This document shows, piece by piece, positions 11,598-24,663 of a DNA stretch of 64,000 nt; within the stretch, counting starts at the first letter, position 1, and every line of letters starts with the position of its first letter. Source of the stretch: Mobula birostris (Eukaryota); the NCBI RefSeq assembly GCF_030028105.1, contig NC_092374.1:116139589-116203588 (forward strand), read 5' to 3'. Below the pieces are notes generated by a model. The model saw nothing but the letters and a program-made list of their open reading frames with translations, ran no database searches and was not told the origin of the DNA. The translations under genes and the position numbers were made by a program.

Positions 11598-11735
11598 CAA
11601 GAGAAAATCTGCAGGTGCTGGAAATCCAAGCAACACCCACAAAATGCTGAAGGTACTCAGCAGGCCAGGCAGCATCTATGGAAAAGAGTACAGTCAACAT
11701 TTCAGGTCGAGACCCTTCATCAGGGTTCATCAGAA
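11598..11735 (-). mobile_element. Penelope-terminus short repeat with decayed hammerhead motif
   Basis: Minus strand CTGATGA-agggtctcgacct-GAAA-tgtt-gactg...agatgctgcctggcctgctg, homologous to 4225-4317; inserted in the R4 RT. Confidence 0.85.
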
Positions 11736-12387
11736 TGACAGCAGACTTAGAGAGTAGTCTTGGAAAATGTGTCTTGGTTTATTTTGATAGTGGTGGTTGT
11801 TCTTTATTGGCTATAAATCGATAGGGTGAATACAATATGCCAATGCTTCATCAGATGTTGCAGTAGTTTCACAAGTATTGGTTGTAGTTTATAAATATTA
11901 AGAAATTCTATTAACCATGAGTGTGGGACAGAGTCAAATGCCTTTTGGTAATCAATATAGCAACATGACAGATTTTTGCTTTTCTGCCAGGCTTGATTTA
12001 GAATTACAGAATCTATTATCAGTTGTTCTTTATATCCTTTCATACCCTTACGGCATCCTTTCTGCTCTTCTATAAGTATATTGTGGTTATCTAAGTGAGT
12101 GGTGATCAGTTGCCAGATACATGATGTGACAATTTTATATATAGTTTGCAAACAATTAATAGGATGATATTTTGATGGATCCTTTGTGATTTCCCCTTCA
12201 GGTAAAAGATATATTTTACCTTCTGTCAAAAATTCAGGCACTTTTTCAGTATTTTTAAGGAAGTTGTAGATTAATAGGTAGGGATGAAAGCAAGTTAATT
12301 TTTACAGCAATAATTATGAATATTATCACTTCCAATACTTTTCCAGTTGTGGGTATTTTTCTTATAACCTCTCTCAGCATATCCATT

Positions 12388-12690
12388 ATTTTTATAGGCA
12401 TCCATTAGTCTCATGAGACCATGGATTTGTGCCTTGGATGGTTTCCAGGCCTGGGCAAGGTTGCATGGAAGACCAGCAGTTGCCCATGCTGCAAGTCTCC
12501 CCTCTCCACGCCACCAATATTGTCCAAGGGAAGGGCATTAGGACCCATACAGCTTGGCACCGGTGTCGTCGCAGAGCAATGTGTGGTTAAGTGCCTTGCT
12601 CAAGGACACACACGCTGTCTCAGCCAAGGCTCGAACTAGCGACCTTCAAATCACTAGACAAACGCCTTAACAACTTGGCCACGCACCAAC
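12388..12690 (-). mobile_element. tRNA-derived SINE with RTE-type 3' tail
   Basis: A-box TGGCCAAGTTG and B-box GTTCGAGCC on minus; 8-bp TSD tatccatt (12380-12387 / 12691-12698); tail matches the RTE end at ~34495-34536. Confidence 0.88.
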
Positions 12691-12849
12691 TATCCATTGT
12701 AACTTCAGGTATTTGCTTTTCTTCAGTCGTGTGTGTACATACTTTTTCCTCCCTAATCCAGCTTGATTCTTGATAGTGTGCCACCCTTTTTGACCAGATA
12801 TTAGAGCAAAAGTTCATTATCTCTGTACTTGTTGGTATTATTATTATTA

Positions 12850-13745
12850 TCATTGAGATATAGCGCAGAATAGGCTCTTCCAACCCTTCGAGCCACGCAA
12901 CCCAGCAACCCCCCAATTTACAACCCCACAATTTACAATGACCAATTTTTTAAATATATTATGAGGACACTCAGTCCTCGTTTATTGTCATTTAGAAATG
13001 CATGCATTAAGAAACGGTACAATGTTCCTCCAGTGTGATATCACAGAAACACAAGACAGACCAAGACTAAAACTGACAAAAACCACATAATTATAACATA
13101 TAGTTACAACAGTGCAAAGCAATACCGTAATTTGATAAGAACAGACCATGGGCACAGTGAAAAAAGTCTTAAAGTCCTGATAGCCCATCATCTCACGCAG
13201 ACGGTTGAAGGGAGAAACTCTCCTCGCTATGAGCTTCCAGCGCTGCAAACTTACTGATGCAGCATCCTGGAAGCACTGACCATAGTCCGACTCTGAGTCC
13301 ATCCAAAAATTTCGAGCCTCTGACCAGCCCTCTGACTCCGAGCACCATCTCTGCCGAGCACTTCGACCCCGACCCCGGCCACCAAACAACAGGCAAAGCT
13401 GAGGATTCAAGGCCTTCCCCTCCGGAGATTCTGGATCACACAGTAGCAGCGACAGCGAAGCAGGCATTTCAGAAGTTTCACCAGATGTTCCTCCGTGCTC
13501 TCACATCTGCGTCCATCAAATGAAAATTGTGCACTGGAGAGGCTATCAACCAGTGTATTTTGGGCTGTGCACATGAACCTATCAACCAGTATATTTTGGG
13601 CTGTGGGAGGAAACCAGAGCACCTGGAGGAAATCCACACAGTCATGGGGAGAACATACAAACTCCTTCCAGGAACCGGTGGGATTTGAACCCAGGTTGCC
13701 TGTACTGAAAAGTGCTGTGCCAACACCTACACTTCCGTGCTACTG
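12850..13745 (-). mobile_element. V-SINE (HE1-like), split by the 12955-13545 insertion
   Basis: tRNA-like head with GGTTCAAATCC; V-domain gagtttgtatgttctcccc...ggtttcctcccaca; LINE-like tail at 12850-12950. Confidence 0.8.
12955..13545 (-). mobile_element. Non-autonomous LINE-derived short element (Rex1/L2-type 3' end)
   Basis: Minus-strand 3' end ...aaatgacaataaacgagga with T-rich body; interrupts a V-SINE. Confidence 0.6.
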
Positions 13746-13784
13746 CCTTGGCACCTCTTACATCTCATTGATCAGGAAGAAGGA

Positions 13785-14056
13785 CACTGGTTTCTCACCT
13801 CAGCTGAAAGATAGCACCTTTGGTAATGAACCAGCATTCAGTGTTATTCAGAAGAAATACAGGAAAATCGTTACAAGTCTGTATCTCACAGACAGCTTTA
13901 CTGGAACAAACTGCTATTTATGGGAGTTTGCTAAGCCTGGATTGACTGCTGTCCTTTGTTTATCACAGCAGTTTTAACACATTAAGAGTTATTCATCGGC
14001 TGTAATATTCTTTGGGCTCTCTTGAGCTCTGAAAAGGGCCACATAAATGTAGGTCC
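13785..14056 (+). mobile_element. Ancient Deu-SINE (SacSINE1/AmnSINE-like) remnant
   Basis: ctgctatttatgggagtttgct...attgactgctg...ttcatcggctgtaa...ctttggg...gaaaagggccacataaatgtaggtc resembles the Deu-SINE 3' part as recalled. Confidence 0.6.
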
Positions 14057-14774
14057 TGTTCTCGATGCTGACATGTCAGCATATACTCCGGTTCTGAAAT
14101 GGGACCTGACCCTATAAAGTTATGGAATTAGAAGTGGGAGTTCAAACGACTGGACCCAGTTAACATTAATGAAGTTATTCATTGTGCTTGAAGCATGTCA
14201 GATGAATAACTACAAATCTTTGCAAATGTGGAGAAGTTAAATGATGTCCCTCGGTACACTAATGCACATGTCAGCAGTTTCCTAGCCTGACTTAGAACAT
14301 TGTCTGACCATGCCTTAAAGCAGACGTTAATCCTCTATTCCGGAAAGACATGCTGGAATGTTTATCAAGCTACTGTGGATGAAAATATTATGCTCAGTAC
14401 ACATTTCCTGAATAATAGTCACTTAAGTGCTTTAGCAGTTGTCTTGCAAAACCTCAAGCAACTCACTGTGATAGTATCACAATACATTTGTGAAAATAAA
14501 TCAAATTTTAAAATTACCAATCACAATCCCAAATTGGCTCTTGCACTGTCATTAACTTCAGCAGTTTCTTCTCCAGTGTAAACCATGATAATTAAAGGGA
14601 AAGTAAAGAACAAGCTGGTGTTTTGGTTGAGCACCATCATCTGAATACTTTGTCAGTCCATATAAAGTTTCCTATCCAAAATATCAACTGTCTTTTTCCC
14701 TCTACACATGCTGCCTTACTCTCTGACTTCCTCCAACAGTTTGGCTTTTGCTCCAGATCCTAGCAACAGCACAC

Positions 14775-16240
14775 GGAACATAGAACAGTACTGGAGAGGA
14801 ACACGCCCTTTGGTCCACAATCTTTTGCCAAACTAATTAATCCAAAGTCCTTCCCTCTATATAGTACCCAGAACCTTTCATTTCCTGTAGATTTCTGTGC
14901 CTATCTAAGAGCCTCTTGAACAACTTTTACAATTTTGCCAACACAGTGCATTCCAAGTGCTCACAACTCTTGGTGTAAAAGAATTGCTCTGCACATACCT
15001 TTTGAACTTATTCCCTCTCACCTTAATTACGTGCCTTCTGGGGCCTGACACTGAACTGAGCCTGAGGCCTGCTCTGGCTGCTCTGGGGACTTACTGTCAT
15101 TCTGAATGTTCTATGCTTCCTTTAATTGTTTGCACAATATCTTTCTTTCTCTGCACATTGGGTATTTGACGGCCTTCTTTTATGAACTCTTTAGGTTTCT
15201 TTGTTTTGTGGCTGTCTGTAAGGAGACAAATCTCAAGGTTGTACAATGTATACATTCTTTGATAATAAGTATACATTGAATTGAACTTTATATTTGGCCA
15301 GGTTAAGACGTATCTGCCATTTCTATGCTCTCATTACAAGTAAACTATTGTATATTCCATTGTATCTTTTATGTCTTCTGTGTTATCTAAAACACCACCA
15401 AACTCCATATCATCTGCAAGCTTACTAACTCACCCACCTACATTTTCATCCAGGTCATTTATATGCATTACAAACAGCAGTCACAGATCTTCAGACAAAC
15501 TAAGTCCCATCAATCACTCCTTTCAGTCTTCTATAGGCATGCTAACTTTGAGACCAAGTAGCCAAGTCACTACGGAACCCATGTATGTTAATCTTCTAGA
15601 TGAAGCTCCCATGAGGGACTTTGTCAAACACTTTACTAAAATCCATGTACTCTTATCTTCATCACCTCCTTAAAAAGGTAATGAAGTTAGTAATATATGG
15701 CTTCACCACTCAACGACATACTGCCTGTCCCTAATTAGACTATGGTTTTCCAAATATCTATAATTTCTATCTTTTAAAATCCTCTCCAGTAACTTCCTTA
15801 GCAATGACGTAAAACTCAAAGATCTATAGTTTTTTAGGATTATCCCTATTTCCCTTCTTGAATAAAGAAATAACATTAGCTACTCACCAGTTCTCTGGGA
15901 CCTTGCCTATGTCTAGAGAGCCTCAACAATCTAATCTCTTGCCTTTCTCAGCAACCTGAACTCTAACTCATTAGGCGCTGGGGATCTAGCCATCTTAATG
16001 TTCTTTAACAGACTCAGCACTACCTTCTTCTTTATCTTGAAATGCCCAAGCAAATTAGCACACTCCACACTAATCTTCCTATCTTCCATGTCCTCTCTTT
16101 TAAAAAAATACTGATGCAAAATACTCATTTAAGACCTCACCTACATCTGCCACCTCCAAGAATATATTCTCTCCTTATGTGATCCTACCCGCTCTGTAGT
16201 TTTCCACTTGTTCTTGAGGTATATATAGAATACTTTGGGA
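14775..16240 (-). mobile_element. Old fragmented CR1 LINE pieces (with a short Rex1-tail element at ~15045-15290)
   Basis: gaacatagaac tail at ~14776; reverse-complement RT motifs (MDFSKVFDKVPHG, SKLADD). Confidence 0.75.
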
Positions 16241-16244
16241 TTAA

Positions 16245-16700
16245 TAGCAGCATCCATCATCAGGGCTCCTTAACACCCAGGACATCTAGAAGAAAATACA
16301 GGAACCTCAGGACTCACACAACCAGGTTCAGGAACAGTTACTACCCCACAGCCATCAGGCTCTTGAACAAAAGGGGATAACTACACTCAACTTCATTTGC
16401 TCCATCATTGAAATTTTCTGACAACCAATAGACTCACTTGCAAGGACTCTTCATCTCATGTCCTTGATATTACTTATTTATTTGTTTATTATTATTCTTT
16501 CTTTCTTTTTGTATTTGCACAGTTTGTTGTCTTTTGCACACCAGTTGAACACCCAGCTTGGTGTGGTCTTTCATCGATTCTGTTATGGTTGTTATTCTCT
16601 GTATTTATTGAGTATGCCTACAAAAAGTAAATATCAGGGTTGTATGTGGTAACATACATGTACTTCGTTAATTAAATTTACTTTCAACTTTGAACTTTGA
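16245..16700 (+). mobile_element. Rex1/Babar LINE 3' fragment
   Basis: gcagcatccatcatcaggg...accaggttcaggaacagttactacccc...; T-rich 3' UTR; (actttga)n tail. Confidence 0.8.
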
Positions 16701-17741
16701 TTCTCTTTAATGCTACTTACCAAGGACTTTCATTACCCCTCCTGACTTCCCTAATTCCCTTGTTTCTTGTACCTTTCTAATTAAAGAGGCAAACTCCTTC
16801 TAATAAAATATGGTGTTGCATTTAATGCTGTCTTTTCCAGCAAATAGGGATCTGCTGCAGTTTGACCTAATTAAACATGATTATTTGATACTGAATTTTG
16901 TTTGAAATTAAATTCTGATTCTTTCCAAAAGCTAATAGTCTGGAGGATATTATCATTGATATAAGAGCCATGGGGAATACCATTACACCTTCGAAATGGA
17001 ACTTAAAGGTCTGTGGGAGAGTTGACAACAAAAGCCCGAGATTCCATTTGGATGAAAATGTAGTTTAGCATTTCTGAATTAGTGAATTTTTATCATTGTG
17101 CAAGCTTTTACAAATTGAACTTGGTAGATTGATGTATTTGGAAATGAGCACAGGAAATTTTAATTTGAAATGCTGCTCCCTCTTATGATTGCTTGTGATG
17201 TTAAGTGGAATATGCACTGCTTGCAAATCAGTTCATTCAAAATTTTAATTTTAGTTAAAATTTATGTCATCACACAATGTGCGAAAGGGAAAATGTGGCT
17301 GAGTTTCCATTTTTTTGTGATGGTCCTATCTGGGTGGAATTAGATCAAGCTTTGAAGAAGGTCAGAGAATTTTATCAATAAATTACATTTAAACTTACAA
17401 TTATGTTTTTTATGATCATTTGTGAGGTTCAGGATTCAACTTGTCTGGATCAGATATTGACTTTATCGTTTTTAGCTATACATAGACACTGCAACTGTCT
17501 CTCAATAATATATGATTAATCAGCAATTAATGTTTAAAAAGAGATTAGGTTTGTTTGAAATGGTTGACTACCATCAAGTTGAGGATATATTAAATATGTA
17601 TTATAATTTAAAAATTCTGGACAACTAATACCACAGAACAATTTGCATTGGTTAAAAACTGCATCTAAGATCAAATGCTCAGTAAAAAGCTATTTTAATC
17701 AAATATCTTTAAACAAAGTCTTCAAATGTTAGTAAAACTTT

Positions 17742-18390
17742 GTTGAAGAAGATGGCACCAGCAAACATTGCAGCCAATGGCGACGTCCCTCAGACAGTTC
17801 ACGAAACTACTTCTTTTACTTCTTCTTTAAAATATAATACTGCTACTAAGCATGCTTTACATTTTGATGGCATGTTTTTGGTCTGTTTGAGCAACCTAGG
17901 GCTTTACTGTCTTCAAAGGATTTCAGTGAAGTTTAGAGTGGAGTGCACGGCGTGGAGGCCAAGAAACCTGGAGACTGGGCACAATCGATTCCATCTCTCA
18001 CTGATCTCGCTGACTCCAGCATTGAGCAAGATTGAACCCAATGAGAACAAGAGCAGAAGGCTTAGTTTAGTGCCATCTACCTGTATGTCACAGGCCTCTT
18101 TCTCTCACTGCTGCCGCAGTGCCTGCATTTGAACGGCCTCTCTCACCCTCTTGCTCGCTGCTGCTGGGGTCTCGGGTCTAGGGAAAGGTTTAATTTGTGG
18201 ATTAGACTTTGCAGCTTATGTTATATGTGTTTTTGGTTATTCCTTTTTTTTTTATTGCTATTTTGTGTGATCTTGATGTGGATTGGCTCAGCAGCCTGCA
18301 GTCTACAAATGACACATTGATAAGCTGAACTAAACTCAAGGTTGTATACTGCATACATACTTCGATAATAAATGAACTTTGAATCTTTAA
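17742..18390 (+). mobile_element. Bipartite non-autonomous Rex1-type element
   Basis: 5' AAGATGGCAC start; 3' tactgcatacatacttcgataataaatgaactttgaa tail shared with other copies. Confidence 0.65.
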
Positions 18391-18629
18391 TGATTTTATT
18401 CGAGTAATATCAAAACATGACTAAGAAGTGTGCCAAAAAATGTATGCAATATTTGTAAGTAAAGTGATAAGAATTAATTTACGTAGCATTGTTCATATTT
18501 CAGGAAGTGATGTTTACTCACCATTAAACAATTCACTTATGTTCATTTCGTGGTTTACTAGGACCTCTTGCCTTCAGTCCCTTCACAGCCTTGGTCTAAG
18601 CATCTAACAAAGAATTGAATGCTAAAGGT

Positions 18630-19480
18630 GAGGCAAGAGAGATTTTCTTGATACAAAGACATTTGTCCTAGTAAAATTGGGGAACTGGGGATCAAGGAGA
18701 AAATACTCCAATAACTGGCTCCTAGAAGGTGATTGTGGCTGTTAGAAGTTGTTTTTCCCAATACTAATAATCACTGTAGAAATTTCCTCAGGCAGTGCCC
18801 TATGTCTGCAGTTTCATCAATAACTTTCCCTATTATAATGTCAGAAGCAGGAATGTTTGTTGGTGATTGCCCAATATTCAATAGCATTCACATCTTCTCA
18901 GAAAAGTGAAAGAGCCCATTCCTGCATGGAGTTGGACCTAGACAACATTTGGGTTGATATGTAACAAATATGCCAAAAAGTACCAAGTAATGTCAACTTC
19001 CAGCTCAAGAGAATCCAGACTTGACATTTAATTAATGGCATTATCGTCCTTGAGTCTCCAATCATTGATGTTCCAGGGGCCAGTAATGACCAGAAAACGA
19101 ACTGGATTAGCCATATAAAACTGGCTAGAAGACAAGTCAGAAGCTGGATCTCCAACAGGAACAGACTCATACCCTGCCACCCCAAGATACTTCCACCATC
19201 TACTGGGCACAAATCGGAGCAATGATGGAATACTTGCATGGATGGGTGCACAGCTGACAATTCTCATGAAGCAGAAAACCAAGCAGGTCAAAGCTTCCTG
19301 AGAGAACTGCACCTTTTTGACTATTTGAAACATTTATTCCCTCCACCACTGTTCTGCAATGGTGGCACTAAGTATCATGTACAAAAAAAAGCATAATAGT
19401 CACTTGCACAGGTTACTCTTAAATTCCCAATCACTGTCCCCATGAAGGACAAAGACAGCAGTTTCTAGTCAATGATGGTC
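18630..19480 (+). mobile_element. Ancient CR1-group LINE RT remnant
   Basis: Degenerate cctcaggcagtgcccta...ttcatcaataactttccc...atgtttgttggtgattgc (PQGS..FINDLP..MFADDC); related minus-strand pieces at ~19540-19900 and ~60640-61500. Confidence 0.6.
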
Positions 19481-19954
19481 ATGCTCCTGCACTGCTCCAC
19501 AGGATGTTGATGGTGGGGGACTTGTGCTAATAATGTCTATATCACTTCTACGGTACATATGCACTTTGCCTCTTACCAGGCATGCACATCTTCATTTGCT
19601 GAGGAGCTGTTAATTGATTTAAATGTTATGTAAACATTGGAAAATTTTGGCCTGATGATGGAAGGAATGCCTTTGATGAAACAGTTGAAGATGGTTGGGC
19701 CTTGCGCATGACACTTAGGAATTCCTGCAGGAATGTTCTGGTGCTGGTAAGATTAGTCTCCAACAATCACAGCTATGTGCTATGTGGCAGGTATATAACT
19801 CCAATCCACCGGCATTTCATTTTGCTTGAGAACAACTGGCATGAATTTTTCTTGCTCTATGATGCCACGTTTGGTCAAATGCTGACTTAACATCAATACC
19901 AGATACCTCGGCAATGCAGACGTAGCATTCTACTTTATATTATTTTATTTGCAA

Positions 19955-20280
19955 TATCATCATCATCATCGTCATTATGTGCTGTGTCACATGTCATAGG
20001 TGATCATGGTCTTTTGACTATGATTGTTTTCTACAGAAGTGGTTTACCATTGTCTTCTTCTGAGTAGTGTCTTTACAAGATGGAATACTCTTAAGAGGTT
20101 GTCTGCCTGGAGTCAGTAGTCGAGTAACCAGGGCCTGTGATATACACCAGCTGTTCATACGACCACCCACAACCTGCTCCCGTGGCTTCATGTGATCCTC
20201 CTGATTGGGTGGGGGCAGAGGTAAACAGGTGCTATATCTTACATCTCCTTTGGTAGAGATGTGACTTCACCCTGCCACCT
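19955..20280 (-). mobile_element. Non-autonomous RTE/BovB-related short element (copy 2)
   Basis: Aligns to 8865-9242; (cat)n tail at ~19958-19975. Confidence 0.7.
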
Positions 20281-21159
20281 GTATTCACTATATAAACATT
20301 ATTTATAGATATTCAACAACTTTGATATTATTCTGATTATTGAATGCTTTTTATAGCCCTGTAACAGCAATAATTCAACAAATCTGTAAATATATAACAT
20401 TTCTTCAAATCAATCTTAGATCTTTTTATCAGACTTCAGTAATAGATGCAATATAAATGTCCCTCCTTAATATTTAATTGAAGTATTTAATGCATGTGAA
20501 TTTATATAGAAAATGCAGATGGACTTCATTCAGATTTGTAACTCATTCTCAGCTATCACTGGAATCCAGATCTTTCCTCTGTGTTTAGGTCAAGGCTGTA
20601 ATGAGGTTTGGGGCTTAGTGATCCCAGCTAAACCTTTGTAACAGCCAGTTGGTGAACAATATCTGTTGAAGCATATTGTTGACAATACCTTCCATCACTT
20701 TGCTGAATAAGCAACTGATCTTTAGTACTCAAGATGTTTATTCCAATTCAATGTGAAATCCTTTGGGATGTTTCAGAAGTCAATAAAAATTGTGTGTAAA
20801 CAAATAATCCATTAAACACTGAACCCACCTTTGCACTATTTTAGAAAAGTTGAATATGTTGAAAAAATGGCCATGTCTAAATGGCCTAACAGCTTTCAGT
20901 CAACACCACTGAATATGATGTAGCACAAACATGAAGCTCCCTCTTATGGTAAGAATAATGAAGTACAATGAGGTTCTATCCAAATAAGTTTAAATGGTAT
21001 TAAATACTTTGGTTAACCATAGCCTAGTGATATTTCAATAGTATATCCATGCAAAAAAGGAAAGAGATTGTTTTTAATCCCTACAGAAGTTAAGTTCTCT
21101 TACTATAATTTCATTTTTCATCTTTTGCCGATCTTGTCGTTTAATGTGCTGAGGAAATT

Positions 21160-21735
21160 ATCAAGGTGAGCCCGGAGATGAGCGAGTGTTCAGCACCATC
21201 TATCAGCCTCTCATTCACTGTGGCAGGAGGAAGGTGCCTGCATGTGGCGGCCTCTCTCTCCTTCTCGCATGCTGCTCCTGAGGGAAGGTCCTTGTGCTCA
21301 AATGATCTCTCTCCCTCTTTGTCTCTCGATGCTGTCAGAGGACGGTGCTGGAGAAAAACTTAATCAACGCAGTTTGTGGATTGTGGACATTAATTCAGGT
21401 TTTATGATGTGTTCTAGTTCCTGATAGCTTCTTTCCTTTTGTCGCTAGTTTGGGGGACTTTGCACTGGGGCAGCCTGCAGATAATGAACACTGAGCTGAA
21501 CTGAAACATGTTTTTGGATTTTGTTTTTTATACCCTGTGTTTTCCCTCATTTATTTCTTGTTGCCGTTTGCCGGATTTATTTTTTTGCGCCGGGGGGGGA
21601 GGTGTTTAATGTTTTTTTTCTTTGAATGGTTTCCATGGTTCTTTGTTTCGTGAATGTAGGTGGGAAGATGAATTTCAAGTGTTGCATACTGCATACATAC
21701 ATTGATAATAAATGTTCTTTGAATCATTGAATGCT
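21160..21735 (+). mobile_element. Non-autonomous Rex1-tail element
   Basis: Shares gcagcctgcag..., ctgagctgaactgaa and the tactgcatacatac..gataataaatg tail with 17742-18390. Confidence 0.65.
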
Positions 21736-24663
21736 TTGACTTTTAATATGATTATTAGAATAATCTTTAAAATTTGCACATGGTAATATTTTAGATATGA
21801 ATATAATCAAAGTTCTGTCAAATTTGCTGAATGTCTGCAAATAATGTTAGCACCAGTAAGTTATAAAATGGAGTGATTTGTCTGCCATCTCCTGTAGTCC
21901 CCAAAGTATGTCGTTACACACAATCTATATACACGGCGGCCAGTTTATTAGGTACAGGAGGTACTGTCTGAAGTGGACACTGAGTGTACATGTGGTATTT
22001 TTCAGGATGACTTAGGGCCATGGTTAATTCCTCAGCATAATGGTATTTTTGGAATTCTGCCATTCAAAAAGAAATTATGGATTTGTTCTGCAACAAAATA
22101 TGCTAATGAGGAAAGGGATGCATCTTGGTACTATCTCAAGCAAAACTTTTCCAACTGTCTTGTGCAGCAATGCAGAAAAGATTAATGCTGCTGATGCTTC
22201 ATATACTCCCTGGGAAGCGCCTGTAGCAAACAACAAATAAAACACTTGTCACCTTTATTGGCACTGTAGAGATACCAATCAGCAATTGCAAGGTGCAAGT
22301 AACCTGAAATTTTAAAGAAAATGACAAATATAAATGAGCAATCTGCTGCAGCTGTTTACAAAACAAGTTAACAAACCGAATCATTCAAAGTTCTTTTTCT
22401 TTTGAAACCGATCCAGCTTTCCCACTGAGGAAGAGGAGAAAAAAAAAACGCTACAAATACTGAAAATCTGGAATAAAAGCAAGAAGTGGGCGATATTCAG
22501 CACATGAAGCAGGATTGGCCCTTAGCATAGGGAACCTGTCACCTGCCTGTGATTATCTAAAATACTTAGAGCAGATTTAGGTGTAGGGTCCCCCTACAAT
22601 GGCTTCTCCCTTTTCTGGACGCACAGTTTTTCTTACTTTCCATTCTGTGAGCGTCTGAGTGAAACCATGTGAAAAATCAATTGAAAAGCTTGAGGCTGCC
22701 ATGCAGATCAGCCATGCAGAACATTTTGACCTGTGCAACACCCCAACACTTCCAAAGTCACTTTCCCACTTTAGATTCAAAGGTCTGTCTCCACTGAGCA
22801 TGAAGTGTCAAACTGCAGCCAAGCAAAACAGACACTGTACAGATAATACTGGTGTTATTAATAATATTGTTCTACACGCAGCATTGGAGAGGCCATTTTT
22901 ATGCAGCTCCCATACTATGCATTGTAGTTGTAGGATCCATGACCAGAAATATGAAGGCAGATAATAAAATAGCCACAGCAGGCCTCTTAATCATTTCCAT
23001 TCCCAAAAATGTCCACAGAATGTTTCAGTAGAAGAAAATTAGCCCCATCAGGTCCACATAAATACCTTCTAAATGGATGTTCAATCATCAGACTAAAGGC
23101 ATGGCAAACATTTTTGTGAATGTATGCCCAAATTGCTGATAATCCGCTTAAAAAAAACTCCTACATGCCATGGATTTTTAAATTATCATTAATTAATGGT
23201 CTAGTAACAATAATTGTTGACATTTTAAAGGAAAAGGATGAAACCTGTTGCTTATTTATGCATTCATTTTTTTTACTATTAAAGAAACAGATTGACGTAC
23301 TTTGTAAATGAAGGATGCTAGAAACTGTTCAAAAATTATTAATATTAATCTTTTAAAAAGACAATTGAAAACTACCATCATTTCCAAATACTACAGTTAT
23401 TGCAACCACTTACTATCCAAAAACTGAAGAGATCTGCAAGGATTTCAAAATGTATCATTTAACGTCAGTGAGCTTTCAATTCTCTAGCTGGCACAAAGCC
23501 ACATGAAACGTTTCCTAAGAAAAGATCTCTCTGCTCTCGGATAGTAAAAGATCATTCACTGATTCATTTGGCAGTAAAGATAATCATTATGTATCTTTTT
23601 ATTATGGGTGGGGTTTAAGGAACTCAGGGGCTGCATTACATGCCATGTGCCAACAAAATTTTTGCATGTGTGCCAGCTGGGCACGGATGCCTTAGGCTAA
23701 CCACCCCTGGTAAACTTATTGATCTGTATTGAATTTTTTGTTATGTTCCTTTTATGAAACAGAAACAACTTGCATTGACTAATCAGGGAGACAGTTACCA
23801 GCAACCACAAGGTGGCAATAACGAAGGAACAAAATCCTCCTTAAATAATAAGCAATGAGCCATCAAATAATTTGCAATCCATATCACTCCAAACATTTCT
23901 ATACCACATCCAGTTTCTCCATTTTGTTATGAGGTTAGAATAGGAAATAAGACTAGTAGCACACAAATTTCTATATTTATCAATGCTCAGCACTAATTAC
24001 TTTTTATTTTCAAAAGCATAACAATATTTTTTATTTGTGCTTTCTTTGAGAACCATTGAGATAACCTTCCTGAGACTATTGTTTGAGGAAATCCAATCTC
24101 CCTGCAGGAAGCTTCCTCTAGAGCTTGTAGAAATCTTAATTATAAGTACAGGGACCAGGCAGGGGAATAGACAAGGATTCACTGTAATTCTATTAATTGT
24201 TAGAAGTTGTGAGTGGCCATTTGGACAACTCTTGCTCCTAGCTTTTAAGTTCTTACAACAAGATTATTTTTTTCTAACTACAGCCCTTCCTCGGTTACAA
24301 AGACCCAACCTATGGACACCTTTATGTGTGAATGAGCATTTGTGAGAGCAGCAGGATGGATGGGGTTAGGTGGCCACTCTTCCTGTGCCTGTTTGTTCTC
24401 CTTTCATGCTGATTCTGTAATCCTCTCTGACTCACTGCTTTAGTTTATTTCCAAACAATCAACAGCTTGGGCTATGAACAATTCTTGGAGATGGAATCCT
24501 GTCATATCAAGGGACTGTGTGAGCTCCACCAATGTAAAATTAATGAATACATTAACTCCGTCTAAATTGAGTTTCACTGTATAGAGCATTAGGTCATGGA
24601 AGAGGATGAGTTCATCAGTTTTTCTGTACAGACTCAAAAGAAAAATGGGCATGGTATAACATA

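Larger units (their letters stand above)
10345..12835 (-). mobile_element. R4/Dong-clade non-LTR retrotransposon (RT + CCHC + restriction-like endonuclease region), decayed
   Basis: EEQKGCRKG, IDYQKAFDSVPHSW, HLLYTDDLKLY, RLTLPRTEGGKG, LFPETEGF..AIQDQV, CAKCKEKAETIHHITGSC, RHNQVA; interrupted by two insertions. Confidence 0.88.

Noticed and set aside
22205-22310. Pair of minus-strand candidate coding exons
   Set aside because: The implied intron would be under ~30 nt and the translations are unrecognisable
23625-23709. hAT MITE (CAGGGG...CCCCTG)
   Set aside because: Only 6-bp terminal inversion and no matching 8-bp TSD; too weak to list
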